The notes beneath the pieces are model-generated. The model did not search any database and was not told the DNA's origin. It saw only the letters and a program-made list of their open reading frames with translations. Below are positions 1 through 27,800 of a stretch of DNA of 64,000 nt, one piece after another. Both the position numbers and the translations under genes were made by a program. How positions within the stretch are numbered: the stretch's first letter is position 1; every line of letters begins with the position of its first letter. The stretch is from Bugula neritina (Eukaryota > Animalia > Bryozoa). The stretch covers positions 9,704,741 to 9,768,740 of the forward strand of contig OZ037768.1 in assembly GCA_964035545.1 (NCBI GenBank), read 5' to 3'.

Positions 1-469
1 CTAAGTTCTAAAGCTATTTTTTTAGCATTGTTGAGGTCGCCAGGGCTTCTTGCTGCTCACCAGAACTGTGACTATACATAATATATGTGTAAGGTATTTA
101 TGGAAATATTTATTACTATTGTTTACAATGCAATAGCACTTCTCAAAATTCACAAATATTAGTCACATATCATAAGAGTTTGAGCATGTTGTTTAGTTTA
201 AACCACCACAGCACTGACTTGCCTAGCAATATGGAATGAACATTTTCCAACCAAGAAGAACACATAAAACCATATAAAAATACATTTGAAGCTATGTATG
301 TATTTCAACCATTTTTAAAAGTCATGTAAAATTATGTATGTGAAACAGAACGTAGCTTCTGTTGTAATGCTGATATTAATCTAATGTTTACAATCACATT
401 TGCTAACATTATAGTTTACAATATCTATCATTAAATTAGAGTTGAACAGTGTTGCCACAGTCAAATATT

Positions 470-13430
<12,961 letters not shown>

Positions 13431-16050
13431 CACTCTAGTTACATCAACATGGCAGCGTGACTAGAAGTGATGCTCATTACATTCTGTAAGCAAAGCTAAT
13501 TAATCTTGTTTTCGGCTTCAAGTGCTGCAGGCTACAAAACTTTAAAGTACAGAAATATTATTTTGACTAATTTCACAAGTGTTCAAGAGTGAGCGCTGCA
13601 AGTTGAGAAAATTATTATATAACTAACCATGCTTTGCTATGATTGGTTGCATAAAGTAACCAAACGCAGCAAATTATTTGCTATTTTACAGACAAAATCA
13701 ATGAGCAGCAGGATGAGCGTTATTAAACACACGTAGCAGTTGCTGTTCTATGCTATATCAGCGATATACTACAGTTGAGATCAAACAAATATTTTTAATG
13801 AATAAATCTTCAACATAATAGTGATGCAAATTATTTCATTTCACTATTTTGACGTAGGTGTAGAAATGCTGAAAATAAGAAAAGCGTGTTCTAGATCGAT
13901 CCACTGCCCCAAACCAAACCAAAATAATGAATTTAGACTATTGAAAGTTTCTACTATTGCATCTAAATACCTATTTTCAGCCTTTAATTAACCGCAACAT
14001 GAATATGCACCATAAGTTGAGTTATATAAAGAAAATTCTCAAAGATTTCCATTTGCACCAAAATTTTATACACATTTTTTAGTAATATGTCATCTGTAAT
14101 TTTATAATCAAACTTCTGGACTGCTGCTTGAATAATCCCTCAACATAATATAAGTACACACTACATAGCTGAATTTCTGAGCTTAGTTATATGTATATAG
14201 CTCTTCAGTGTACAGAGGTGAATAATTCAAAATTATTATGTAGCTCCAACCTATCAAAATTTTGATTTTATTCAGATCAATAAAATTATTTTCATTAGCA
14301 GCTTTAGGGCAATAATTTAAAAATTTTAAAATATCTGATCCATTCTCTTTAAGATGACTATTAGGAGTTGTCTGTGTTTGTAAGAATAAGCCTCCATTGA
14401 TAAAAATGCTTTTAATGCAATAAAATGGGATGTTTTACTCAGCTATAATTTCTAATTTGAAGCTATCCTACACCAACAATGTAAGTACCTAATCAATGAG
14501 AAAGTTTTGTATAAGAGTAATCAGTTACTTGAAATTTTCACAATTGATTTGTTTTTAAGCCTTCATAATAATTTAGTCATTGTTTTTACCTTATAAAATT
14601 TGCCTCAAGCTTTTAGCATCGTTAGATTTGGCAAGTTAGTTATCTTCCGAGTCGATTGCATTCCATTTTGGAAATTATAAGACAACTCCTAACAACTAAT
14701 GCAAATTCAAAATACAAGCAGGCAATTTAAACCCTGAACTGCAACTCCTTCAGTTCCTGGTTAGTACACATTATATGATGTTACCCAAGAAATATATGGT
14801 TACCACACAAGTGCAAGCATAGTATGACTAATGATAATTCATTGCAAGCCTAACTGCATGACTAAACTTTTAAAATATGGTCACAGGCCTTTTGCAACTT
14901 TTCAACATTCCAATGTGCAAATGAAATAACTATAGTTGACAGTCATGCTAAAATTCTGTATTTTTGAATATGCATTATATCTTGAATATGTTTTATATCT
15001 TCAGATTTTATGACTGGCTATACATAACTTATATCAAAACACCATATTGGCATAATAACTAGAATGCCTTTAAATTTGATAATTTAATGTATTGCGATTT
15101 GCACTAATACTAGCAATAAAACAGTATTATTGTCATCTATGGAAATTTGCACTAATTTGATTTTTATGCAATCTTTAAGTAGACTAGACGAGGGTGAAGC
15201 AACAGCTTTGTTAACAAAGTTAGAAATACCACAAAACAAAACTATTTTGGCAATCATTATTATTTTATTATTATTTTGAGTCAAAAGTGAACATGAGCCA
15301 TTACCTATGTAAATCGGATGATAAATAGATGAAACAATAATTAGGTAAAATTTTGAAAACTACAAAACAAAAGTATTTGATCCACAAAATATTTAATAAT
15401 GAATTATACAATAGTGGATAGTTACATATAGTTATTCATAGTTTTTATCTAATAAATCTCATAATTATGATAAAAACAGCTATTTAATGTAATAGAGGAA
15501 AATTTACTGTAGAAACATTTGATATTCAACTGCAGTAGAATTGCAGAAAATTAGCACAATTGTTCAAGCATCCACTAAACACAAAAACTCAAACCATTTA
15601 TTTTTAAATTTGGAACTAATTGAGGATTAAAAATATTGTTTTAAAGAGCATAGCATATTTTAGCAGCTGCTTAGTTCAACATAGTAAACACATTTTTTGC
15701 AGTAGATTGAAAGTGATTGGTTCATAAGTTACAAAGGCATTACACCATTTATACTAAATGTTTACATTAGAGGATGTTCTATTTCTATGGAACAATTGGC
15801 CAGTGACCAACTCTAAGATCAATGGCTGATTCCTAAGCAAGAAGACACAGCCAAGCTGAATGGTCCGTTGTATATGATACTAGGGAGAGATTTCTGCAGC
15901 AGTTTACAAAGTAACATGGCAACAGTGTTCCTGATTGAAAACTATATAGCAAAATAAGTTATCAACTCTATAGCTGGATAGCTGTAGAGTATCAAGAATG
16001 AACAGATAAGTGCATCGACTATACAGTTACTGACATGTTACAGACTTTTA

Positions 16051-16137
16051 CATTGGTTGGCTATACAGTGCATTGGTATGCCATTGGTTACCACACTGGT
16101 TGGCTATACAGTGTACTGGTATGCCATTGGTTTACCA
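16051..16137. repeat. Two-copy ~43-bp tandem duplication spanning the ZDHHC stop codon
   Basis: cattggttggctatacagtgcattggtatgccattggttacca followed by cactggttggctatacagtgtactggtatgccattggtttacca. Confidence 0.85.
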
Positions 16138-19100
16138 CTGAATGTTGGCGAGTGAAAAGGAGAAAACCATTTCCACCCAAAGTTGTGGCCAAACACTGAT
16201 TTCATATTTAACCACCCGGAACCTTTTTTCCATGTTGCTTCTTCTCCTTTCAGTGATTCTATGGCCTGCAAGATAAAAAAAATTAGAAGTTATTTTGAAT
16301 AATATATCAAAGTTTACTACCAACACTTTGTATGCAAAGTACTCCTGGCACAACAAACATTACAAAACTACAGCTAATACTGACTATGAGTTGGTTAAAT
16401 TACATTAGCCAAGAAAAGATAACTTCTATAAAAAAATGCAATAACACACTCCAAGTTTCACCACAAATTCAGTTGCTCGCTAGCATATTATTGGTAAATT
16501 TTCATCAATATTAAAATATTTGATGAAGCATTTTAAGTCTCACACTTACCATTAAACAAGTCACTTAACAAAATATGACATCTGATTAAAAAATACATAC
16601 AAAAAACAACACACTCTGTAAGAACTAGAAACTGAAACAACTGCATTTTAATAGAGCAAAACTAAACAACTCTACCATTTACTCTCTTGTGTCTCCAGAA
16701 TTAGTGAAAAGAAAATGGGTGAACTGTATAGGTGGTAATTCAACTCACCGTTTCATCACTGCATACAGCCTGTATTTGTGTACCAAACATAATGGCAGTG
16801 AATATACCAAATAGCAGTCCTTCGAATATCAGGAAAATGAGAAATACAGTTTGGGCAGGTGCTGAGTATGCTGGGCAAGCTAAAACATATTTTTATATGG
16901 ATGAAATGTATGTTCCCTTACTTATTATGTAATAAGTCTATAAATGAATCAAATAAATGTCTTTTAAATAAATAAAAATGAATGATTTGGATATTGTTTC
17001 ACAGATACATAAAATTTGTTGAAAATATTGTAAAACCTCTGGGCTAACATAACAAAATACTTATTGAACAATAAGCAACCTACCAGTCCAATTGTCTTTT
17101 ACGCAGTGAACAAAATGTATCACAGCCATCACCAGTGAATGGGTCGATATGAGACAGATATAAAGCTAAAGCATAAAAATAAAACAAATAGTGAGTAGTT
17201 GAATAACATGAAAAATATGCTACAAAACGCAAAATTCTAACATAAACCTAAAACAGTTTTTATTATTAGTTGTTGTAGAAAGTGGAATGAAACTTGGTAG
17301 CCATGAGGCACTTTTAATTTTTTATTATAGGAGTTGTTCCACCAGTGAAGGAGGGGATAACTCTATATAAGTAAATTTGAAACTAAAATGAACACCTAGC
17401 GATAATGTTAATCATAAGAAGCTGACAAATTTCATTTTACATAATTTTTTAATGCATGACATCAAAAGAGTTTATGAAATAATAGTTAGGCTTCTTCACT
17501 AAACACTGATTCGTATTAAAATAAACCATAACATGTAAACTCTTCCCGCTACCCGAAGAGGACAAAGCGGAGATCGGTGAGAAAAAATAACACGTAAATT
17601 CTTGAGAGGATAAATAAACTTACAGTAAATAAAGCAAAATACTTTTGGTTGCCTTCTCCTACACAGTTGTTCACCCACGGGCAGTGGTGGTCCATCTTTT
17701 TTATACATCGGCCACACACACTGAAACACAAATCATCAAATATCTAAGATGACTTAAACTTTTCGCAGTTTGAATTTAAATGTAATGAACAACATTCACG
17801 ATAAGATATTCATAACTTTAAAAACTCCCTAATGTAACAAGACGTAAGTAAAATTGCCCAGACTTAAAAGAATAGCGCAATAGGCTGAAAATATCATGTA
17901 GAAGACTTGGTATTTCACATCTCAGCAGCAGTATTGATAAATTCACATAAAGAGCATAAACAGCTGTAATTACCATATCTTGATTGGGGAGTACCACCAA
18001 ATCAACAGCATAGCAAAATTATTCCAGCAAAAGTGTTGAAAATTTATTATCTTATTCAAGGGTGAAGCAAAATGTAAAACACATTGATTTGAAAAAAATC
18101 TATTAAGTTGATAGAACCCACTTACAAACAACTACAACATAGAAATCAGTATACTCTAACACTAATGCTACTCGTTCTACAACAGTCCAACAAAATCAAT
18201 AAGAATACCTGCAGTGATGGGCTCTGTCTGGCTTAATACACACACATTTTGGACACTTGTATACTATCTGCCCTTGCTTGAGACCTAATCGTATAATATT
18301 TTCTTTTGTTGCATTACCTTTTGGAACTGCTCCCTACATGAAGGGATACAATAAATCAGTATATAATGTGACCTGTCACAGATTTATTATGTCGAATTTT
18401 ACTATAATAAAAAACTATTACCCACTGAATTTTGACATAATTTACGTATTACACTGAAAACTTGGTAAATTTAAAAAAAACAGGCATCTGTAATTCAGAG
18501 AGTTTGCATAGACCCACACACTCCATCCAGTGTATCATATGAAGCAAGGCAGCACGTATGAAGCTAACAAATGAAACTGCTTTTACTATGTATATTAAAG
18601 CTCAGAATAAAATATGAAATGCTGACTCAAGCAACAGTTTCACCAAGCAGTGAGTCATTATTAGATACTTTTCCAATCAACGGCAGTGGTAATGCTGACA
18701 AGGTTTAACCTAATGAACCTTTTAGCCACAGATGAGTAGAGATATAATTAAACTATTTAATGGCTTATGGAGTATCACGATTAGTGAGTAAGTTAGACTA
18801 CATGAATACTTACTGGGTCGCTGAGCATAGCTCGTACATGGGAGGAGAATGCGAGAAGAGACATGATGTTATAGATGACGCCATTGATCCACTTGTAGCT
18901 GACATACCCCTCGAGTGGGACGATGAGCACATTGTTAACCACAAAAAATGCATAAAATATCAGCAGATAAGTGAAAACGGCACAGACAATACCACAACAG
19001 TCCTTCACCAGCCAAGCTTGGGATGGAAGACAAGTAGTAAACCTGCTAATACCCAGTTTCCTACAAAAAGAAAGTAAGTTATAGCAGGAAACTAAATTTA

Positions 19101-20289
19101 AAATTCAGACAGTAAACACAACGAGGAGCTTAGACAAATACACAGTGACCGCCATAAGCAACTCAACAAAATTTGATGGTTTTGATAAAAAGGAACTATA
19201 AAATACATTACATGCTTTATAAGACAAAAAGTGCTTACACCAAATTAATCATTTTTTAAAAAAATACTATACATACAGGAATTATAAAAAGCCATGGTAG
19301 CTGCTTCAAAAATATGTCAACTGTATTAATTAGCTCATGATTCATGGAATTGTAAGAAATTCTGTTTAAAAAAATGCTAAATATACTATTTACAAAAAAA
19401 TAACCTACCTGTAGCACTGCTTGAGCTCAATGATGGCAATGCCATCATGCACAGGACCTTTTGGCTGCTTGCCTTTAACAATAATTCTTGGACCAACATA
19501 GTTTTCTGCTTGTCCTACATTTTCTGATTGATTCCCTATAATACCTTCTGAATGGCCAAGTAGTGGCTCTCTCCTACAAAGAATTAAATTTGACAATAGT
19601 AATCACTAAGAGCAACTGTAAATATAGCATAAAACAGTAGAAGTATTATGCTGTTGCTTACATCAATGATCATACCTAGAGCCTATAGGCTTACAACCAG
19701 CATCACCATATGACATGAAATTGAATCTTAACATATATATTTTATTATTCATAACTTTTATTTTATATTCTAATTTCTAGATAAATTAAAATAACACTTA
19801 TACTACATACTAGACAATAAACTACACCAAGAACAAAAACCTATAGTATAGGCCATAGTCTAAAAGTAAAGAGTAATACTAATTACATGTACTAATATAA
19901 ATAACTAATTAAAAATTATTAATATTTATTATCATTAAAAAAATTGAATATGAGTAATACTAATACTAATACTAATAGTAATTCACTAATACTAATACTA
20001 ATAGTAACTGTAATACTAATACTATTAGTATTACTATTAGTAATAGTAATACTAATAGTAATACTAATAGTAATACTAATAGTAATACTCTAATAGTAAT
20101 TAGTAATAGGTACTAATACTAGTACTAGTAGCGTTAGTGATAATCCAAAATGTATCGTTTGCATGTAGTAATAGTCATCGAGTCCTTGTCGCCAATAGTA
20201 ATGACCATATTTATAATTATAGTGAAGTGATACCCATAAACTCATACTCACATGTTAACAATTTGATGTCGGCGAGATATATTTTCCAT
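16104..20289 (-). CDS. ZDHHC3: DHHC palmitoyltransferase ZDHHC3/7 (GODZ-like), 8 coding exons, ~348 aa
   Basis: Exons (-): 20289-20252, 19573-19409, 19060-18814, 18333-18209, 17720-17624, 17165-17084, 16879-16749, 16265-16104. Motifs: [88 protein letters not shown] and C-terminal YQYTV. First exon inferred from phase fit. Confidence 0.92.
19950..20135. repeat. Degenerate (TAA/TAG/TAC)n low-complexity tract in the first ZDHHC coding intron
   Basis: Repeated tagtaatactaa units. Confidence 0.85.
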
Positions 20290-21842
20290 TCATCAGTTCA
20301 ACTTCAAGTAAATGCAGAAGTAGAACAGTGAATTACAGATCTAAACACAACCCAATTGACTAAATTATATATTAACTAACCTAAAAAATCTGCTTTAACA
20401 AGTAAGGCGGAGCTGGGCAGTAGTAGTATTAGTAAGTAATAATTATTACATAAAGTTATTCGCAACTCAGCCATAAAATACTTGAGAATAAAAACATAAA
20501 ATTATTGCAGTGGTTTCCGGCTGAGGCCGAATTAATTAATGTAGGTGTAATCGCTGTTTAAAAATAACCAAAGAAGACAAATCCTTCGAATAACGGTGGG
20601 TTATTAGATTCATATGGATATAAATTTTACGTACCATTATTAATTATTATATATCTATATTATATAATTATATGTAGCACTATGCAGTTAAAGCAGCCCA
20701 GTACATAATAGTTCTTATTTATTTAGAATCACACACCTTGGGCAAATCACAAGTGGCCCAATTTGTTCCTGTAGCAATTTCACTCCTCTCAGACAAATGT
20801 CATGTTACTTGCATGGCCTGAGGCAAAATTTCTGACTTTCCGGGTAATTTTCCTGAAGCCTATAGGCCTATATGCTATTCATGAATTTTCTTATTTTTAG
20901 TTGTATAAAGTTTATACAAACAATGTTTAACAGTTTAGTACCTATCAATAAGTCATTTTTATTGTATGAAGCCTCAACAATAGGGCCTGATTTATGCTGG
21001 TACAGTGACTATATTTGTTTCAAAATTCTAAAATTGATAGTAAGTTTACTCCAATAGTCCATTTTTTATTCTACTACACTTTGTCCTAAAATGGTTGAAA
21101 TGGCAACCTAAAAAGAAAAAAATTATCTTTTTCCAATTGTACAAGAAGGTACTTTCCTGGCTTTCTCCTGGCTTCTAGCAATCTCGAGCGTGCTAAGGAT
21201 ACAGATCTCTTTTCATGATCATGAGATCGAGAAACCTGTGGCCTTTTTGCATTTTGGACGTTATAGTAGGATACCACACAATTTTCTTTAGGCTTTGGCT
21301 ACTGAATATAGAGCTAAAGCTAAATTTGGGCATTCGGCTCACATTATTTACAAACATGATTTAGATTATTTTTACAGAGATTTAATTTTGAAACTTGCAA
21401 CACTGCTTCTTTCTATGTTTCATGACCAGGACACTTATTTGTAGAGTAGAATGCAAAAAGAAAAAACAGAGAACAGCCCAGGTAACTGTAGCATGAGAAG
21501 TTGTCTATCTTGCTTCCAACCTCAACTCTAATTAACCAATTACTAATCACATATGTAATTGAAAACTAATAGCTTTGTATTTACTAGCATGTAAAACTAG
21601 TTTTGCAATTAAAAACTAAAAATTATGAGATGTATAATCCATAGTAAGTTAGTATTGTATCAATATCACAGTAAAAGTTATACCATAACTATACATATAC
21701 TATTTTGAATGAATTGCATTAAAAATGTCACAAATAATTTAACTAGTATGACAAGAAAATCTCAGCAACCAATAGGAAACTTTGCCAAAAGTGTGTGTTT
21801 AGTGACAGTGCTGTAGGAGACAACTTCCTTTGGCTGGTCAAC

Positions 21843-24800
21843 TCAGCTTAGTTCAAACCCAGCGCCAGATTCAATGGCATATAGAAGCTTTGATCTCATT
21901 ATTTCTATATCAGAATATTCCGGTAGCTTTAAAAAGTTCATACAAGTGCTTGCAGTAGGCAGTCTATCCTCTTCACCTCCATGATGCACACAAAATGCAG
22001 GATATAAGTTCTAAAATAAAATATCTCATATGAGGGCAAAGCAATACACATATAACTCATTGCAAAGCTAACAATGCCAGCATAAAATCAAACTGTCAAA
22101 CACAATAATTAACATCATAGCTTCATAAACATGACCTAGTGATATGCGATAAAAGACACAATATAATATGTCAATCAAGCACTAACAGATTTCATAACAA
22201 AAGTTTTTACAATGTAGAGGAAAAAGAGTTTAACCTTAAAACCAAGAAGGGGAGGTCTGGAGCAGCTGGTCACAAACTTGAGCAAAGAGCTTCTCTGGGC
22301 TGGAGTGAACTTATTTACTACCTCCCAAAACAGAAGAATAGTCGGGTGGTCAGATGAATATGAACCTATAACAAGACATAGTAGTACAAGCAATGAAAAA
22401 TGCTGTCTAATTGATTTAGTGTAGTTAGAGTTAGCAAACCATTTTTTGATCCTTTGTTCTAATTGATAGAACTGACAGAATATTATTATTCATAGAGAAT
22501 TAAACTGCAGCACTGTACCATTAAGAAAACATATAAACATTGGGACAAAACATAAAATGGATGAATAAAATATCGAACTCATACAATATTTACAAGCATA
22601 AAATACCACACAATATTTGAAAACTGTGTTAAACATGTCAACCTCATAAAAATGGTGGAAGATATAACGCATATAGGCCATAAGTGTGTGTCACACCCGG
22701 AACTCCCAAACTCTGCCGTATACTCACCAGAATACTGAGTGTGAACTCTGAGGTCATTGACATCTATGGGTGACGTGGCACCTGATATCACTACATTCAG
22801 TTCATGTTGATTGAACATTCTCAGCCACTCCAGTTTGATGACATCTTCCAGACCTTGCGTGAAGGCCTGACATTGCGGGCGAATCTGACAAAATATTACA
22901 CCACCATATATAGAGAAGAGAGCCTATAGTTTGCTATATATACATTTCGTGTGTGTGCGTGTGTGCTGATGCGTGCGTGTGTGTGCATATGCGTGTGTGT
23001 GTGTGTGTGCATGTGCGTGGGATAAACTATTATAATAGTCACAGCACCATATAATAAATACAGTGTAATTATAAACATTATGAAACTTAAAATAAAAGTT
23101 ATTTCTAAAAGATACAACTTTTATGTGATTGTGTAGAATTATCTTCTACTTCAATATGAAGAGCATAAGGTTGTAGAAAATCCTTGATTTTCTAATGTTA
23201 TATATCAAACACTACATAGCAGAAGATCTTCAACAGTTATTTTACTTTTTAAATTAACTTCATATGTATATCATACAATGTAACAATTTTTATTTCTACT
23301 TTTACCTTTCACTCAATTATAAGTGGGCATAAAAAACAACACTAATTTTTAAATTATATGCAGAAAGACAACATAATACAATGTGGGATTATTACCTGCT
23401 TGTTCAGTTTATAGTCAGCCATTAGATGTACATATTCTATGCAGTTGTTTTTATTTACACTAATCTGCTTGCCGTTTGGCTTTAGTTCAACATGAGATGT
23501 GGTTCCCAGCACTTCGTTAACGACACTAAAGTCAAGTCCTAGCTCATTGACATCCCCAGTGTAGTTCTTGACAAACAGTAGACTCCTGAAACCAGTTGCC
23601 CATAAACATTTGAATATTTTCCAAGAAGAGTTTGTAGTGATTTCCACATTACAAAATAATGTAATATTATAGTTACAACCTTACCTATATAGTGTAGGAT
23701 CAAGAGAAGACAACTGATGAAAGTCACTATCCAGTTTACCAAGAATCTTGGTTAAAAAAAATCCAGCAAATGGAAGTTCGATCAGCATGTTTTCAAATAG
23801 AGCCTAAAAGATCAATCATATGCAAACATACATTATACAAAAGGAGCAAGTGATAAAACAAATATAAAGCTTACATTCATATTACACATCTATAACACTA
23901 AAAATCAAAATTATTGTAGAGCAAAGGCATTTAAACAGAATAGTTTGCATCTATAATTTAGAAACTAATATGAAGTGGGCATTGATCAAAATTAAATTCA
24001 TATTCATTGTCAATCTCATATTAGTCACTGGACGAATTTGCTACATGTGAATTGCACAAAATTTTATAATTTTTCTAAACTTGAAAAACCATACCCGGAC
24101 AGGTAGTCATGCATTGCAGAAGAGTAAAAATTAAAATTGCTACTTGATGTCATCTTGAATATTTACTGTCATAAATTTTGCTACTGACAATAATGTATAA
24201 TAGAACTTCAACGTCACCTTTCCCAGCATTCTACCCAGGAAAAAGAAATGTTTCTCAGAACCCTCGATAACAGCTGGAGCCTCAGGGTTAGGATAAAGTA
24301 GCTTGTCATTAGATGAGGTCAGCTTGAAGAACCCTCTGTTCGGGTCAAACCCTGTCTTTAAAAGCTCAGAGAGAAATTCTCTAAAAATTCCACCTCCATC
24401 AATGCCAGCTTCTTCTAGGCCAGCATTGTTCCTCATATTCACTCTGATTTTTGGCTTCACAGTAGACTCTACAGAAATTTGCTATTTTTAATGAACTAAT
24501 AACATATATGACAGGCTGAGGGTACTGCAAAGTTAAAGAATATTGCCAAATGAGACTGCTCCATCATGTAAAAAGATAAACAACTACTGTCCTATTACAT
24601 TAGTCTTGCTGTTGAGCTGGTAAATAAAGACAGAATACAACATCCAATTAACTTCTCAAATGAGTGTAACCTGTTAAGACTAAACAACCTAAGCATACCG
24701 TTGTCAGTGGATAACTTCTCAAAAGCATCCTCGTAGATATAATCTCTACGGATGTTAATGTCAATTGTCGCTTGGCTCATTTGCCCGAACCCATCAAAAC

Positions 24801-27800
24801 CGGACTGAAAATTTTCTTTATCTGCTTCAATGAGGTTGTGAAATATCTACAAAATGTAAATGAAAAACTTAAGAGACAAAGCAACTGTACATAGCCTTAA
24901 TAAATATAATATGATAGAAATTAAAGTGAGTTAAAACTTTTGCATTCGCATTAACATTTATGCTACAATAATTACAAATTTGTTTAAAGGATTACTATAA
25001 AACTTCTTTGCTGCAAGAAACATTTAGATAGGATTAAAACAACAATCAAGGTATATTAGCTCAACGATTTAGGTAGGATAGGCCTGAGTTAAATGAACTA
25101 TTCTTTTAAAGAAAAGTAGCACTTGTTTTATTGAACTCACTTGAAGCATTTAAAAATTCTACGAAATTCCAATGTTATTCTTCCAGTCCACATATATTAT
25201 TACAAGATATCAAAGCAGAAATATAACAAATTGAAATCATGTTTTATTAACACAAATACATCTTCAAAAACTCTAATTGAAAATCTGTAAACACAGAAAA
25301 TTTGAGGAACATAAAACATTGCATGACTCTCAATATACTGTTGAGTTGAATTATAACAAACATCTCCAGTGTGTTATTTACCTGAACCCTTTCTTCAAAA
25401 GGAATAACAAATGGTAACTCAGTTAGAACAATCAACCTCCTAGTATCAGTGACTGACAAATGAATACCATCATCATCGTCTACAATCAATTTTACCAACT
25501 GTAATTGCCTTTTATAAGAAACTATTCTTGGTAAAACATATGGTAAGATAAAGGCAGTTGAAAAACTTATAATGAATCCAACTAAACCAAGCATACTAAA
25601 ATACAAGATCTAATAATATTTTGATCATTGAAACATCTTCAGCGCTATGAAATTAATTTGTATGACACTATGCTGTTAACCATTTATTACTGTAACTCTC
25701 TCTTACACTCAGTCATTTGAGAAAACTGATAAAGATTTGCAAATTTTCTAGTAAAGTGTTGTTATGGAAAATATGTACATAAACACAAGAATATACTCAA
25801 GTGATACACAGAATAATAAAATTAAACTAATACCGTTCACCGATGTGCTACAAGACTAATTACAGCTGTCATAAATGAATGAATTCGAACCTTCGTCTCC
25901 AATGCCAGGTTTTAAGAGGTCTTTGTTATAGACATCACTGTGATTCTGGTATATAGTTTTCAGGTCAGATGCATAAAATGCAATTTGCTTCGACAACCAA
26001 TGATTCTTTGGACAGAAATGAGTTCTTGTATCCCTGATGTACAGATGTTTAGTGAGGCGTGACGTCACCTGTGCGAGATATGATGTGTATGCATAGGAAT
26101 GTCAATACTAACTGAATGATGCAATGCATACATCCTCTGCTAGAAAGACATACTTTCAATTGCAATCAAAAGGATTGTAATATAGTTTGAATGCAACTAT
26201 ATTATTGACTCACAAAGGTTTGAAAATTCAGAATAATTGATAATAATTTTGTTGTTGCACATGGTGCAGCATCATACAACATATAAAAGTTTTTCTGCAT
26301 TTCAAGTTAAATATTAATAAGATGAAAGAAATGCTTCTAATTTTATATTTTATAATTACTTGCCTATAATGATTCTACGAAAAACAGTAGCACACGTAAA
26401 ACACTTAATACCTTGAACAAATAAATCCATGCAGTTCGTTGTTTAGCATAACTTTCTTTTGAGATTGTCAAATTCGAGGCAGTTTTGAAGCCAATTTCTT
26501 CCAGGAATTTTCTTCTCTCGTCAAAGACTGGCTTACTATCAGGAACTGCCAAGTATATGATACCAAGACAAGCGTCTCTTAAAGTAGCCACCATAGAGAT
26601 GATCTCTTCCCTCGTAAATGGATTAGAGCTGCCACTGGGTATTGAAGCTTCTGCTAAAATACCGAATCCAAAACTGGTAGAACTATTGTTCTCAGAGTCG
26701 GCAGCACACAACTATATAGATGCTGCTAAGTGTTTAGTGAAACATAAGAATTACTTATATTATGTGTTATTTTTATGTTTTATCAGCAAGTATAGATGTA
26801 AATTATACAAGTAGAAATGCACTGGCTATAAAATGCAATAATATCACTATATATATAATTGACTTAGAAATTTGACAACACTTACAGTTTAATATTAGGT
26901 AATAACTTTTTCAACTCAATCAAATAATATCAAAATAGCAGAAGAATTAGTTAAAATCAAATATCATTAAAACTTTTGGTTATAAACATCTTTTCACTAG
27001 CATATTATGCATGCACTGACTGAGCAATGTTTACCTTGATGACTTGATGACTTAGACTTAAAGTCATCATCATGAAGGGTCAACACAGAATGATAGTAGA
27101 GAGAACTAAAAGCTGACAGTAAACACATAAGCTTATCGATAGAGCCTCTCACAGCCGAGTATAACGAATCACCAAGACCTCTGGCTAAGATCTGCATAAC
27201 GGGCACAGTGTTTCTACAAACAGTCATAGAACTTCAACACATACATGTCTCAACACAGCCTATCCGATGTATTTCCTGTCAGATTACCAAACACTTGACT
27301 ACAATTATTATACTTGCATCATAAAACCTACATAACACAATTGCATAAATATAAAGGCTGACACAACACAATCAATGAATAGGTTGCTTCTCTAAGGAAT
27401 ATTCTATTGTCAAGTTTAAAAATTTTTTTGTCACTGTGAGCAAATCTTTTTAAATCAAGAAGGTGATGCATATACACAAGTATCAATAAATAGAAACCAC
27501 GGAAAGCATGTCATTCAAAAGTTGAAGACTTACTCAAGTCAGTTTTTGTGAGCAAATAAAAATAAAGTCTGTGTTACAAGAGGAACAAAATCTACACAGT
27601 AAAAAACATCATTGAAATATGCACAATGTCAAAAAGTTTGGCTGTAGTCCTGCACGGGTAGCCACTGTCAGCATAGTATAAAAAGGCAGACTTACCCAGC
27701 AGAGTTTACTATTGATATAGAGAGACATTCATCCCATATCCGTCTGATTGAAGCATTGTCAAACGCCATCATATATAGCAACCTACAAAATATTCACCAG

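Noticed and set aside
20341-20474. Hydrophobic uORF plus 40-nt intron upstream of ZDHHC
   Set aside because: The implied intron is shorter than any other modelled here and the TSS is unknown; unsupported without RNA data.
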